Made by a program: the position numbers and the translations under genes | Notes under the pieces: generated by a model | What the model was told of the DNA's origin: nothing | Seen by the model: the letters and a program-made list of their open reading frames with translations, nothing else | The model's database searches: none | In this document: piece after piece, positions 1 to 8,586 of the stretch | Position numbering within the stretch: position 1 is the first letter of the stretch | Layout: each line of letters opens with the position of its first letter | NCBI GenBank assembly: GCA_000175855.1 | Contig: ACYB01000038.1 | Coordinates: 94,243 to 126,242, forward strand | Reading direction: 5' to 3' | Origin: Raphidiopsis brookii D9 | Lineage (GTDB): Bacteria > Cyanobacteriota > Cyanobacteriia > Cyanobacteriales > Nostocaceae | DNA: 32,000 nucleotides

Positions 1-209
1 CGACTTTAACAGTGGGAGGTGGCATTGTAGTAGCTGGTGTGTTGTCCTTGTTTTCGCCTAGACAACGTCCCTCTCGCACTGTGCAGGTAATTCACCCTTA
101 TCATGGAGTAACAACACCCCTGGGAACCATGCGACGGGCGGAGTTTTTACCACCCTCTCACGCTGAAAGCAGAAGGGTAGAAACAGCGGAATACGACGAA
201 TTACATTAG
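1..209 (+). CDS. C-terminal part of a hypothetical protein, open to the left window edge
   Basis: Frame is open upstream of the GTG at 12 to the window start (…TLTVGGGIVVAGVLSLFSPRQ…). It has a short hydrophobic stretch followed by a polar tail. Confidence 0.4.
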   Translation, partial: TLTVGGGIVVAGVLSLFSPRQRPSRTVQVIHPYHGVTTPLGTMRRAEFLPPSHAESRRVETAEYDELH

Positions 210-224
210 AAGTGTAACACAGGG

Positions 225-2063
225 TTATCTACTACTGATCGGTTTTGGAGTTGGTATGGGGTTGTGGGTTTGACCCGGTAAAACCTGTTGGGCAACCTTT
301 TGAGCTGCTTGTTTAAACAATGGTTCTAGTTTATCTTGCCAGTATTTAATATTAGGCAACTTTTCTGGTTCGTTGCGATAGGCCAAGACCTTTTCCCATT
401 GTCCGCTGTCAACAGCACGATTAATTTCATTAGCCAAAGTCTCAGCTTTGGCCCAGTCTTGTTGCCATTGGTCAATTATCTTCAATTGCTGACCATTAGA
501 AGTGGTTTTTTGGGGAGCGGATTTCAGTTGAGCTATTGCTCCCTTCACATCCCCTGACTGGAATTTTTGTCGAGCTTGTAGAACGATTGGATCTTGAGAC
601 TCTGTATCAGCAGATTGAGACAAGAATGGGGATGGAGGGGTAGTAGGAGATAACTGAGGTTTAGGCACTATTCGAGATGTAATTAAAGGTAAATCATCAA
701 CGATTTGAAGAGAAACACCCTGGTCTCGCAGACAAGAGACCCATTGGTCATTGTTAGTAATCACATCGGAATGAGCCCAGGCCAAACGACCAGATTTAAG
801 TTTAACTTCTATCCAACCACGCTTAGTTCTTTTTCCGGTAACAATAAACTCACTAGGATCACCAATACTCTTTAAAATATTATCAGAACTAATGGCGCTA
901 GGTTGGGAGCGCACATTAGAATTTGGTGCTACCATGGCCAAACAATTTTCTGGAGATGTGCCATTCTTATCCTTCCAATTAGCAGTCAAGGTTTGAATGT
1001 TGGGATATAAATTGCCTACTAAAGCTGCTGCACCACCGACCAAAAATAAACCAATTACCAGTGGTAAGAGATCTGGTTTTTGTTCCTGTTTAGGAGCAGA
1101 TACTAGGGGAGGAGTGTGAACAGGTGCCAAAGCTAAGGTAGGTTGTGGAAACAATGAAACAGATTGATTATGGGCTTTTATGGGTAATTTTTTTCCACTG
1201 GGTGTGGGAGATAGGGAGTAACCGAAGGATTTAGCATATTCTTTTATAAACTCTCGACAAACTTCTAATACTTCTGTTGCCGTTTGATAACGTTCCTTGA
1301 AGTGATAACGCACCATTTTGCTGAGAATTTCCCCCAGACGGGAATTGACAGGTCGAAAATGTTGCCAGAGAATTTCACCGGTATCCGGATCCTCTGGAAA
1401 CTGATTAGCAGCTATTCCTGTTAAAGCTTGAATAGCAATGATACCCAAAGCATAAATATCACTACTTGGGCGAGGTTTACCCTGTCCTTGCTCAGTAGGC
1501 ATATAACCAGGAGTGCCAACAATTATAGTGGGATTTAATTGATGTTCTGAAAGAACAGAAGGACAACGTACTTGTTTGACAGCTCCAAAATCCACAAGCA
1601 CCAGTTTGTAATCATCCACACGACGAATCAGATTGTCAGGTTTTATATCCCGGTGAATCACCCCCTGCTGATGGACAAATTCCAAAACTTCTAAGATTTC
1701 CAAGAGGAATTGTATGACTTGGTTTTCACCCCATGGTTGTCCGGGTATAAGTTCCATTGTCAGGGTATGACCATCAATGTATTCCTGAACCAGGAAAAAT
1801 TCCTGATTTTCATCAAAATAAGCCAGTAACCGAGGTATTTGATCATGATTACCCAATTTTTCCAAGGTTTCAGCTTCATTATTAAACAGACGTTTAGCAG
1901 TTGTAAAAATATGCTTGTCATTACTAACCAGTTTTAGATGTTTAACAACACAAATAGGATTACCAGGTCGCCGAGTATCTTGAGCGATGTAGGTTTGACT
2001 AAATCCCCCAGTTGCTAAAACACGCACAACTTTATATCTATGGTCTAGTAGTTTGCCTATCAT
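225..2063 (-). CDS. Serine/threonine protein kinase with C-terminal SH3-like segment
   Basis: Kinase motifs: glycine-rich loop ATGGFSQTYIAQD, VIHRDIKPDN, DFGAVK, GTPGYMPTEQ. C-terminal region GWIEVKLKSGRLAWAHSDVI is SH3-like. Confidence 0.95.
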   Translation of the reverse strand: MIGKLLDHRYKVVRVLATGGFSQTYIAQDTRRPGNPICVVKHLKLVSNDKHIFTTAKRLFNNEAETLEKLGNHDQIPRLLAYFDENQEFFLVQEYIDGHTLTMELIPGQPWGENQVIQFLLEILEVLEFVHQQGVIHRDIKPDNLIRRVDDYKLVLVDFGAVKQVRCPSVLSEHQLNPTIIVGTPGYMPTEQGQGKPRPSSDIYALGIIAIQALTGIAANQFPEDPDTGEILWQHFRPVNSRLGEILSKMVRYHFKERYQTATEVLEVCREFIKEYAKSFGYSLSPTPSGKKLPIKAHNQSVSLFPQPTLALAPVHTPPLVSAPKQEQKPDLLPLVIGLFLVGGAAALVGNLYPNIQTLTANWKDKNGTSPENCLAMVAPNSNVRSQPSAISSDNILKSIGDPSEFIVTGKRTKRGWIEVKLKSGRLAWAHSDVITNNDQWVSCLRDQGVSLQIVDDLPLITSRIVPKPQLSPTTPPSPFLSQSADTESQDPIVLQARQKFQSGDVKGAIAQLKSAPQKTTSNGQQLKIIDQWQQDWAKAETLANEINRAVDSGQWEKVLAYRNEPEKLPNIKYWQDKLEPLFKQAAQKVAQQVLPGQTHNPIPTPKPISSR

Positions 2064-2241
2064 GATTTATTCCCCGGTTCCATACTTAATCTTGTAATTT
2101 TGCCTAGTCAATATCTCCAAATTTTCTGTCCTAATATCCGCTATGTTGAGAAAAGATTTAGACTAAAGTGGCAGTTTTTTCGATTAAACTCAAAAATTGT
2201 CAATGCGTAGGTCCTAGTTTTTTGAATTATTTTTAAAAAAA

Positions 2242-2730
2242 ATGCCACCTAATATCCCCAATTCTACTATATGGCAACAAGCGGAAATTCTCATGCAACC
2301 AGCTTTTATCCGCATTGTTGATAATATTCGTAAACATCTAGATATATCCAAGTGGAAAGGAAGTTACCACGATGTACTGATTTGGCCAGCAGGTACAACG
2401 GATGGAACTAAATCTATTGTGATCCAGTTATTGGAGGATTCGAAAAACGCCACAGCGGAAGATTTACTAGCTATTAAGCAAAAACTGGCTCTTTTACCCA
2501 TCCCCCATCCGGGATATCATTTGCGTTTGCAATATCAAGAACAGGTGGTGAATATGGATTTGTGGGATTTATGTTATCAGGTTTGTTTTGTGGATTATAG
2601 TCCTGAAAATGTCCTAGTTGACATTGATACTAATTTATTAGATGAATTTGGGGAGGTAGATTGGCAATATTTAGAGAGTAAGACCAAGGGGTTAGTGCAA
2701 AGAATTTTTGATAACCTAATAGAAAGTTGA
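2242..2730 (+). CDS. Hypothetical protein, 162 aa
   Basis: Intact ORF. No motif recognised. Confidence 0.7.
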   Translation: MPPNIPNSTIWQQAEILMQPAFIRIVDNIRKHLDISKWKGSYHDVLIWPAGTTDGTKSIVIQLLEDSKNATAEDLLAIKQKLALLPIPHPGYHLRLQYQEQVVNMDLWDLCYQVCFVDYSPENVLVDIDTNLLDEFGEVDWQYLESKTKGLVQRIFDNLIES

Positions 2731-2976
2731 CTCTCCCCCACGCACAGTGTCCAGGTAGTGCATTGACTGTTATAGCTTTTTTAGTATCCCTACAGCATAG
2801 TCCCAAATACTAATGTAGGGGATATACACATACACAATAGTTCACCGGTTCTCAGCGATTTTTTCCATGCTCCGGTTTGGGTAATTAATGACTGGTTCAC
2901 AATTTGTTTGGTTCAGCTTGCATGAAAATCCCCGTTGTGCATAAAATTACAATGAACCTAATTGGGAATTTCACAA

Positions 2977-4218
2977 ATGTGGCAAGTAATAAAAGACATA
3001 ATTGAAAAATTGCAAAGTTGGTGGGGTGGATTGAGAGATCATATTTTCGGGAAAGAACCAGATATTATAGATGATGGTGGTGATGGGGACGGAGAGGAAT
3101 CCGAAACAGGAGGTTCTGGAGAAAAAATTCCAATAATCGACGACTTCGATTATGGCCCTATTATTGATCGTCTTCCTCCAACAAAGATCTTCCCGAAAGA
3201 AATTTTATTTGAGCATCCCAGTGATAAAATTGATTCGCTCCAGAAAAAAGTTTTAGAAATTTTATTTTCTCGATTCAACTTATCAGCAAAAGAGGGTGAT
3301 AATTATGTTGCCTATTTTCCGTCTCGGTTGCTTTCTTATATTAAACAAAAAGATGCCTTTTTTGCCTTTAGGCAATTTCTTAATGACATCGGCACAACAC
3401 CCGATGAAGTTTTTAAAAACCGAGAAATAGCAAATTTTGTCAAAGAGGCAATTTTGGGGCTTTATGAAGCTGATGTCAACCGTTGGGATACTCCCCTTTC
3501 TACTGAACCTCTGTATCAAAAACTAAAACAATCCATTAATTGCCATAACTTAGATGACTTTATTAACCTGCTAAATAAACTGGAAAAATTTGCCATTCTT
3601 GCCCACCAAATAGAAAGATTGATCGGTAAAATTCCCTTTCACGAGTTTGACCAATTTTCCCAGGAAGTAAAATCTCAATTAAAAGAATGGCATACTATAC
3701 CGGAAAAAACTGTTAATCAGTGGAAGAATTCACTGAACAAATATGAAAGCCAATCTACAAATTACCAAAATCTTTGTAAGCAAATTTCTCAAGATTTTCT
3801 GCGAGTAGAATCATTGTCCCTAACATCGGAACAAACTATCGTTATTGAATATTTATTAAAGGAAGTAGAGCAACTTAAAAAACTACTGCAAGTTGGACCA
3901 GTTGAACTCGATGATGGGATAGAACAACTGGAAATTTTAGCCGATGAAATCAAGGGATTTGTTGATGAAGTTTCATATCGTCATAGAGAGGCCGAAAGTT
4001 CGAGAACAGAAGATGTTCCACCCAAAAATAATAAATTATCCCTGGATGAGGCATTAATACTACTCAGTCTAACCCTAGAAACACTCACACTCCAATCACT
4101 CAAAACATCACGCAATAGATATGCCAGAATTCATCACCCTGATATAGGTGGAGATGAAAAAATGATGAAAAAAATTAATCAGGCCTACGAAATCTTGAAG
4201 GAGTACTTAGAAATCTGA
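2977..4218 (+). CDS. J-domain protein with long helical N-terminal region (ORF call 2962..4218 uses an upstream TTG; ATG at 2977)
   Basis: C-terminal SLKTSRNRYARIHHPDIGGDEKMMKKINQAYEILKEY matches J-domain helices II-III with intact HPD (4135-4143). N-terminus has an acidic/glycine linker (DDGGDGDGEESETGGSG). Confidence 0.85.
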   Translation: MWQVIKDIIEKLQSWWGGLRDHIFGKEPDIIDDGGDGDGEESETGGSGEKIPIIDDFDYGPIIDRLPPTKIFPKEILFEHPSDKIDSLQKKVLEILFSRFNLSAKEGDNYVAYFPSRLLSYIKQKDAFFAFRQFLNDIGTTPDEVFKNREIANFVKEAILGLYEADVNRWDTPLSTEPLYQKLKQSINCHNLDDFINLLNKLEKFAILAHQIERLIGKIPFHEFDQFSQEVKSQLKEWHTIPEKTVNQWKNSLNKYESQSTNYQNLCKQISQDFLRVESLSLTSEQTIVIEYLLKEVEQLKKLLQVGPVELDDGIEQLEILADEIKGFVDEVSYRHREAESSRTEDVPPKNNKLSLDEALILLSLTLETLTLQSLKTSRNRYARIHHPDIGGDEKMMKKINQAYEILKEYLEI

Positions 4219-4352
4219 AGTAAAAATAACTAACCGGATAGATCTTCATTTACGGATCTTCTTTACAAATCTTAATATACTTTGCTACTAGCAAGTTTTA
4301 GGATTGATTAGAATAAAAAAAATACGTATTATTCCCTACTACTTACACCCCA

Positions 4353-5102
4353 ATGCGCCAGGAACCGATTAAAAATCCTCCGGATCATCTCAAGACTCAG
4401 GATCACCAGTCACTGAAACCACAACGCGAACTGAGAAATTATGATGATCTAATCAAACAATATGCTAAGCCAACCCGAATTATAGGTCTGGTAGATGCAA
4501 CGGGTTCAATGAAACCATTGTGGGACAAAACAGTACAGAGTATTCAAGAACTGATCCGTCGAATCCTGGAAACGGGAAAAATTGAGCTTTCTTGGGTTGC
4601 TTACCGAGATTATTGCGATCATCACAGAATTATTGAACAAAGTAATTGGAGCGACTCGGTTGAATATCTCAAAACCTTTATGGCAAAAATCGTCTGTAAT
4701 GGTGGTGGAGACTTTCCTGAAGCTGTGGAAAAAGCCTTAGAGGTTGCAATTAATGAGTCTGAGGTTTCTAGGGTTATCCTCATTGGTGATGCACCTCCTC
4801 ATGCGGATAAAGATTACCGAAGTAAGGCAATTCAACTAGGGAAACTTAACAGGCCTGTTTTTAGCTTTGTTGTTGGCAATCACACCGACACGAAAAGAAC
4901 CTTCGGAGAAATTTCAGATCTTTCGCGTGGAGTTTCTTTTAACCTAGAAAATGAGGATGATATTTTGGATTTAATTGCAGTTACTGTTATAGATCAAATT
5001 GGGGGTCAAAAGTCTTTAGGTAAATATTTAGATGCTTATGGCTCTAAGTTATCTCCCAGCGTCAAAAACTTTATTCAACAACTTCCTCCAAGCAAAAAGT
5101 AG
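4353..5102 (+). CDS. vWA domain protein
   Basis: MIDAS-like DATGSM (4494 onward), SWVAYRDYCDH, NGGGDFPEAVEKAL and VILIGDAPPH. The pattern resembles the vWA domains found in alpha-kinase-type (VwkA) and conflict-system proteins. Confidence 0.88.
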   Translation: MRQEPIKNPPDHLKTQDHQSLKPQRELRNYDDLIKQYAKPTRIIGLVDATGSMKPLWDKTVQSIQELIRRILETGKIELSWVAYRDYCDHHRIIEQSNWSDSVEYLKTFMAKIVCNGGGDFPEAVEKALEVAINESEVSRVILIGDAPPHADKDYRSKAIQLGKLNRPVFSFVVGNHTDTKRTFGEISDLSRGVSFNLENEDDILDLIAVTVIDQIGGQKSLGKYLDAYGSKLSPSVKNFIQQLPPSKK

Positions 5103-5112
5103 AAAGCAGATT

Positions 5113-6066
5113 ATGAGCTTGATCAAAATCTTTAAAATAGTCTATTTAGTTGGCATAGTTTTGTCGGGAGTGTTGACATTTGTTTCCTCTGACAAGAACA
5201 ATACCGAAATTAGTAAATTAGTCTGGTTAGTTGGTGTGAGTCATGTTTTCGTACTAGCCATGATAGGTTTTAGGATGGAAAGATCTAAAGATAAAGCTGC
5301 TGCTGGACTGAGAGTACAGACATCAGGTTATCTGCATACGTTGATAGGATTCAGTGGTGCTTTATTTCAACTAGATCCCCAAAATTTATTGGCAACCATT
5401 GTGGTTCCTTTAAGTTACGCCCTATTCACCAGTATTATCGGTTGGTTTTTTGGTGGAGAATTAGTAAATGAATTCGATGGGGGAGGAGCGGTAGATATTG
5501 GCAATGAAGGAGAGCGAATTGCCCAAGAGTTTCACATTTTTGCGGAGAACCTTGGCCGAGAATTTCAGAGTTTTGCAGATAGCTTGAGTGCAATTCACGA
5601 GCAATACAGTCGCAAAATAGAAGATGCTTCAAACTCTTTTGAAAGTCAGCTACAAAAAGTAGGAGCAGCTTATAAAGGAATGGTGGATACACAGGAAGTT
5701 CAATTTGATAGATTGAGCAAAAAACAGCTTGATTTATTGGCTCAATTAGAAGATTATCAAAAAAGGTTCATAGATAGTCAGAATAGCTGTTACGGTAAAA
5801 TGGATAATGCTATTCAGGAGTCTATTAATTCATCGGATAAATTAAACGCCAGTGTTGATGCTTTGACTAGTGCTTTATCCACAAAGGAACTATTCTCCAT
5901 AACTAGCAATTTTGTATACCTAAGTGAACAGACAAAAGTAGCATCAGATAATATGGAACAAGTGGCAACTACATCTAAAAATGTCGCTAAATACTTGGAG
6001 GAGAGTAAAATTTTAATCGACCAACTGGAAAAGTTATTAAGTTCAATTAACTCTTATCGGAGGTAA
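5113..6066 (+). CDS. MotA/TolQ/ExbB-like (ZorA-like) membrane protein with coiled-coil tail (ORF call starts at 5032; ATG at 5113 follows the vWA stop by 10 nt)
   Basis: Four hydrophobic segments (IFKIVYLVGIVLSGVLTFV; LVWLVGVSHVFVLAMIGF; YLHTLIGFSGALFQL; LATIVVPLSYALFTSIIGWFFGG). The last two follow the TolQ/MotA TM3-TM4 pattern (T/S-x-x-G). About 200 aa of predicted heptad-rich tail follows. Confidence 0.65.
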   Translation: MSLIKIFKIVYLVGIVLSGVLTFVSSDKNNTEISKLVWLVGVSHVFVLAMIGFRMERSKDKAAAGLRVQTSGYLHTLIGFSGALFQLDPQNLLATIVVPLSYALFTSIIGWFFGGELVNEFDGGGAVDIGNEGERIAQEFHIFAENLGREFQSFADSLSAIHEQYSRKIEDASNSFESQLQKVGAAYKGMVDTQEVQFDRLSKKQLDLLAQLEDYQKRFIDSQNSCYGKMDNAIQESINSSDKLNASVDALTSALSTKELFSITSNFVYLSEQTKVASDNMEQVATTSKNVAKYLEESKILIDQLEKLLSSINSYRR

Positions 6067-6072
6067 AGACTA

Positions 6073-6693
6073 ATGCAAATTAGAAGCAATATGGAACAAG
6101 CAGAGATTTTTGTTTTTATCGCTTCCTTCTTTCTGATTGCTCTTGGTTTTAAGGAACCAGATGGGCCAGTCAAAAAGCCGTCTGAACATCCACCAATCAT
6201 TCTATTTCCTGAATCTTCCAGGTATAACTTTCGTTCAGGTCGTGCTGAATTAAGTTCGGAATTTAGGGATCATATTCGCACTAAACTGAAACCAAAAATT
6301 TTGGAAGTTGTCAAACAATACAAGGATATTGACGCTATTGAGGTGATTGGTCATACTGATGGCAGGCCAATTAATAGTGTTGAACAATCCATCTCAAGTC
6401 ACAATAGCAATTTGGATAATAATTTAGAGAGGGTTAATCTAGGCAAATTATCTGTATCCAGATTGCAACCTGGCTCTAATACCGATTTAGGTATTATGAG
6501 AGCTTTGGCTGTTGTCCAGGAACTGAAACAATCCGGAGGGGGAATTTCAAAACTCAATCTCCGTGCCTATTCTGCAGGACAGTTATTATTGGAAGATGGT
6601 CAACCAGCACCAATAGATACAACAGATAACCCTGAAAGAAGACGAATAGAAATTCGTTTCACAAAATTGGGTCGTACTCAGGTTTTTAAATAG
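6073..6693 (+). CDS. OmpA/MotB-like (ZorB-like) protein with one N-terminal TM and a peptidoglycan-binding domain
   Basis: N-terminal AEIFVFIASFFLIALGF helix; IEVIGHTDG (GHTD at 6349-6360); SNTDLGIMRALAVVQEL; RAYSAGQ; NPERRRIEIRFT. All are OmpA C-terminal family landmarks. Confidence 0.85.
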   Translation: MQIRSNMEQAEIFVFIASFFLIALGFKEPDGPVKKPSEHPPIILFPESSRYNFRSGRAELSSEFRDHIRTKLKPKILEVVKQYKDIDAIEVIGHTDGRPINSVEQSISSHNSNLDNNLERVNLGKLSVSRLQPGSNTDLGIMRALAVVQELKQSGGGISKLNLRAYSAGQLLLEDGQPAPIDTTDNPERRRIEIRFTKLGRTQVFK

Positions 6694-7169
6694 GGGTTCC
6701 TATTGGAAAATTTCGTTTTAAGAATTTCGTTTTACTTTGGCGATCGCATGATTTGCGCCATACAAAAAACCAACTGGCGATCGCTCTTTTAATTTCAAAT
6801 AACTTCACATAGCAAAATGGAAAATTATGAGTTTTAGACCACCATATAAATATGTCTAATACGGGAATTAGCTCTTAAGTTACCTAATTTTTTTAGTCTT
6901 GTCAAGCAGGATATTCTTGTGTTCTTGCAAGTTCTCGTTAATAAGTAGCAAAATCTACTAAATATATTATGACATGATTATAGTTACTAAAATAGTTGCT
7001 TAAATGGGACAAAGGCAAAAAAGATGATCTTACCTGTCAACATTATGAGTTAGGATAGAAAATTAGCATTTCTTTGATGAAATATCCCTATTAAATTGTT
7101 GATTGTTGGGATTTTATGGACAAAAGTCCACCAGATGGCAGTAGTATCCTCTCCTAAGTTGGGGACATT

Positions 7170-7190
7170 GTCTCCCGCTGTAGGGGAGAC
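7170..7190 (+). promoter_or_regulatory. Hairpin immediately upstream of the mgtE-type gene ribosome binding site
   Basis: Perfect arms GTCTCCC (7170-7176) and GGGAGAC (7184-7190), followed by AAGGAGG (7193-7199) and the GTG start at 7206. Confidence 0.45.
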
Positions 7191-7205
7191 ATAAGGAGGT
7201 GAATC

Positions 7206-8555
7206 GTGCTAACACAAGATGTTCGCAACGCTTTGGATGTTGCTGACTTAAACAAACTCAAATATGATTTAAATAGTCTCCAACCGGTAGACGTAGGAGA
7301 GTATATTTCAGAATTGCCAGAACAACAAAGGGCGATCGCATTTAGGTTGTTAAACAAAAATCAGGCCATTGATGTTTTTGAGTACTTACCTACAGATGTG
7401 CAGGAGGAACTGATTAATTCCTTGCATGATGTTCAGGTGGTACATTTAGTAGAAGAAATGAGTCCTGATGAAAGAGCGTATTTATTTGATGAATTACCTG
7501 CAGGGGTAGTTAAAAGACTATTACAACAACTTAGTCCGGAACAAAGACAAGCAACCGCGACAATTTTGGGATATCCCGAAGGTACCGCAGGTAGAGTCAT
7601 GACTACAGAGTATGTCCGGTTGCGTCAAGGATTAACAGTGGGGGAAGCATTAAGTAAAATTCGTCTTCAAGATGAAGATAAAGAAACTATTTACTATGCT
7701 TATGTAACCGATGATAACCGTAAGTTAGTGAGTGTAGTCTCTTTGCGTCAGTTGTTATTCACCTTTCCAGAAGTTTTCATCAGGGATATTGCTAGTTCCC
7801 AGGTAGTGAAAGTGACTACAGAAACTCCCCAAGAAGAAGTGGCGCGGATCATGCAGCGTTATGATTTAATTGCCATACCCGTAGTGGATCGGGAGGATAG
7901 ATTAGTAGGAATTATCACTATTGATGATGTGGTTGATATTTTACAAGAGGAGGCCACAGAGGATATTCAAAAATTGGCAGCGGTAAGTGGTGATGAAGAG
8001 GCCTTATCCCCACCCCATTTGACCATTCGCAAACGCTTACCCTGGTTATTGGGGATTATGGCATTGTATATTGGTGCAGCTAGTGCGATCGCTCCTTTTC
8101 AAAAAGTAATTGCTGCGGTTCCGGTTTTAGCGGTGATTATGCCCATATTTTCTAATACTGGAGGAACCGTGGGTATTCAGGCCTTAACCGTGACAATTCG
8201 GGGTTTAGGTGTGGGAGAGGTGACCACAAAGGATGCTGGGAAAATTTTGCGGAAGGAACTCATAGCAGGTCTAGGAACTTCCTTGGCTTTGGGTTCAACC
8301 ATGGTTCTACTTTCTTTGATTTGGGCAAAACCTGATGAAAAGTGGGTAGCTTTAATTGCTGGAATAGTAATGGCCACTAACACCATGGTTGCTGTGAGTT
8401 TGGGGACTTTATTACCCATGGGATTACAAAGGCTAAAATTAGATCCAGCTTTAATGAGTGGTCCACTGGTGACAACTATGTTGGATACTATTGGTTTTTT
8501 AACCTTCTTGAGCATGATTTCCCTTGCTTTGAAAGTATTTAATTTAAGCTATTAG
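7206..8555 (+). CDS. mgtE: MgtE-family magnesium transporter
   Basis: N-terminal MgtE repeats ([38 protein letters not shown]), tandem CBS domains, and a C-terminal membrane domain with [17 protein letters not shown]. Confidence 0.93.
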   Translation: MLTQDVRNALDVADLNKLKYDLNSLQPVDVGEYISELPEQQRAIAFRLLNKNQAIDVFEYLPTDVQEELINSLHDVQVVHLVEEMSPDERAYLFDELPAGVVKRLLQQLSPEQRQATATILGYPEGTAGRVMTTEYVRLRQGLTVGEALSKIRLQDEDKETIYYAYVTDDNRKLVSVVSLRQLLFTFPEVFIRDIASSQVVKVTTETPQEEVARIMQRYDLIAIPVVDREDRLVGIITIDDVVDILQEEATEDIQKLAAVSGDEEALSPPHLTIRKRLPWLLGIMALYIGAASAIAPFQKVIAAVPVLAVIMPIFSNTGGTVGIQALTVTIRGLGVGEVTTKDAGKILRKELIAGLGTSLALGSTMVLLSLIWAKPDEKWVALIAGIVMATNTMVAVSLGTLLPMGLQRLKLDPALMSGPLVTTMLDTIGFLTFLSMISLALKVFNLSY

Positions 8556-8586
8556 AGCTATTAAGCAGTATTATTTTCAGTTTAAC

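Noticed and set aside
3283-5692. Minus-strand ORFs 3283..3519 and 5435..5692 inside the candidate system
   Set aside because: The plus-strand frames have clear domain motifs, while the antisense translations look random. I do not consider them toxins or extra components.
2977-6693. Calling the cluster a bona fide Zorya system
   Set aside because: ZorC, the ZorD helicase and the ZorE nuclease are not recognisable in or beside the cluster. Only ZorA-like and ZorB-like components are present, so the claim is kept as Zorya-related or candidate novel.
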